In this document: piece by piece, positions 62,571 to 64,000 of the stretch
How the letters are laid out: each line of letters begins with the position of its first letter
How positions within the stretch are numbered: the first letter of the stretch is position 1
NCBI GenBank assembly: GCA_013265495.1
Contig: MU057744.1
Coordinates: 496,001 to 560,000, forward strand
DNA: 64,000 nt
Direction: 5' to 3'
DNA from: Vicugna vicugna
Taxonomy: Eukaryota
Program-made: the position numbers and the translations under genes
The notes under the pieces: model-generated
The model's database searches: none
What the model was told of the DNA's origin: nothing
Seen by the model: only the letters and a program-made list of their open reading frames with translations

Positions 62571-63199
62571 CAAAGAACAATTAAAGCTGGGCAATAGTCA
62601 TGTGCGGCTCTCTTCTCTGATTGCTCCCAAGGTTTAGGTAAGTTTGAATGCTGCCAGAATACACTTAAGAAAATCGGACGCAGTAATCTGGTGGTCTGGA
62701 GGTGGAGAGGAGGTGGTGCAGTGATCCGGGCACAAGGGCTGAAAGTCTGAATGAGGACAGGTGGGCAGACTGCAAGGGACGACGGCGCCGGACAAATGTC
62801 TGGCCTTAGGGATGACGTGGACTGCAGAGACAGGAGTCACCCCTGGTTCCGACGCTTCCAGCAGAAAGCAGGTGGAGATGGGCAGGCGGAGAGGGTAGCG
62901 GGGAGGGCAAGCGGCTGCAGACATCGGGGTTGGGTTTCGAAGGACGGCAGCTTTGCTGAGTATAAAGCAACGAAAGAACACCTCTTTGAACTGTCCACAG
63001 AAGGAAGCTACGGGGCGAGACACGCTCCTGCCTTGGAAAAGGGAAGACAACGCTCTCAGCCCACTGGAGAGAGTCTTAATACTGGAAAGAGCACCTAAAA
63101 GTACTACTTTAGAACTATCACCTTTTGGTTCCTAATACGATCCATCTGAGTTTCCCGGGGATATAACAGGGCCATCTGTCCTTCCTTCGGCATCATTTA

Positions 63200-63830
63200 C
63201 TACTTTATTTACAGGGGCGTAATTTACATTCAGTACAGCACACAGATGTTAAAGTGTTCATTTCTATGGGTTTTGACAACTGCATACACCCATGTAACCA
63301 CCACCCAGAGTAAGGCACAGCACATTTTTATCACCCCATGAAATCTGTCTGTGCCCCCTTTTCTGGTCAGCTCCCCTTCTCACTGCCCCCACTCCTTGCA
63401 GGGACAGCTCCTGTCCTGAATTGACCACATCTCCACTTTGCCTGTCCTGGGGTTCCTGTGACTGGAACCACACAACATGTACCCTTTTGCCAACACCATG
63501 ATTCTGAGCTTCACCCTTACTGGCAGGTGTAGCAGTAGTCTGTAGTCTGTTCCTTTTTATTGCTGTGTAATAGTCCACTGTGTAAATACATCACAACTTA
63601 GTTATACATTGTCCCACTGACAGACATTCAGGTCATTTCCGGCTTTTGGCTGTTAGTAAAAAGGCTACCATGGATATTCTTGTACCAATCTTTTCATGGC
63701 CATATGTTTTAATTTCTCTTAGGTAAATACCCAAAAATGGAATTTTAGGGTCACAGGTTAGGGGTATGTTTAATTTTATAAGAAACTGCTAAACAGCCGT
63801 CCAAACTGGTTGTATCATTTAAATCCGCCA
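63200..63830 (-). mobile_element. L1M 3' fragment
   Basis: tacacccatgtaaccaccacccag...ttaatttctcttaggtaaatacc..ggaatt..gggtca..ggt..gtatgtttaattttataagaaactgc. Confidence 0.85.
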
Positions 63831-64000
63831 CCTATCACTCATTAAGTGACAGGATTTATAGACTCTGTAATTCTTTGAGTATTTTGGTTTTATCATTCCC
63901 AATGACCAACACATATTTTTCTGTATTAACTTACTGTAAACATTTTTGAAGTATGTTACACGTACTGCTGTTTAAGCTACTCAGGACAGATGTCTCATGG

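Noticed and set aside
62634..63098. Overlapping 138-aa and 115-aa ORFs
   Set aside because: Probably degenerate repeat or intron sequence; no domain or splice support.
58403..64000. Next upstream LYST exon (31)
   Set aside because: No matching peptide found; the region is repeat-rich intron, so the exon is likely outside the window.
1..64000. A novel multi-gene biological system
   Set aside because: All convincing coding signal is explained by LYST and decayed retroelements; nothing in the sequence supports a new system.

Overview
Mammalian genomic DNA, almost certainly camelid (two Vic-1-type tRNA-derived SINEs). The window holds the 3' part of LYST (lysosomal trafficking regulator, Chediak-Higashi gene) on the minus strand. 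I traced 22 coding exons (equivalent to human exons 32-53) with GT-AG boundaries that join in frame into 3048 nt (1015 aa plus stop), covering the PH-BEACH and WD40 C-terminus. The stop is at 12706-12708 and a ~1.8 kb 3' UTR ends near an AATAAA at 10908-10913. Downstream of LYST (positions 1-10 kb) is a retroelement-dense region: two solo ERV1-type LTRs with perfect 4-bp TSDs, and a composite ERV (internal-LTR-internal-different LTR, with a decayed gag) nested inside an old L1. The introns hold L1, L2, MIR, MER20, MER5A, MER21-like, MER68-like and MLT1 elements, plus a young twin-primed inverted L1. I find no support for a new protein-coding system; most ORF-track entries are noise, exon read-throughs or repeat fragments. 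The best leads are the composite ERV, two rare GAG splice acceptors, a local AT-to-GC (gBGC-like) skew, an LTR abutting a branch-point region, and AG|GT recursive-splice-like exon starts. Repeat family names and human comparisons are from memory of consensus sequences, not from searches.
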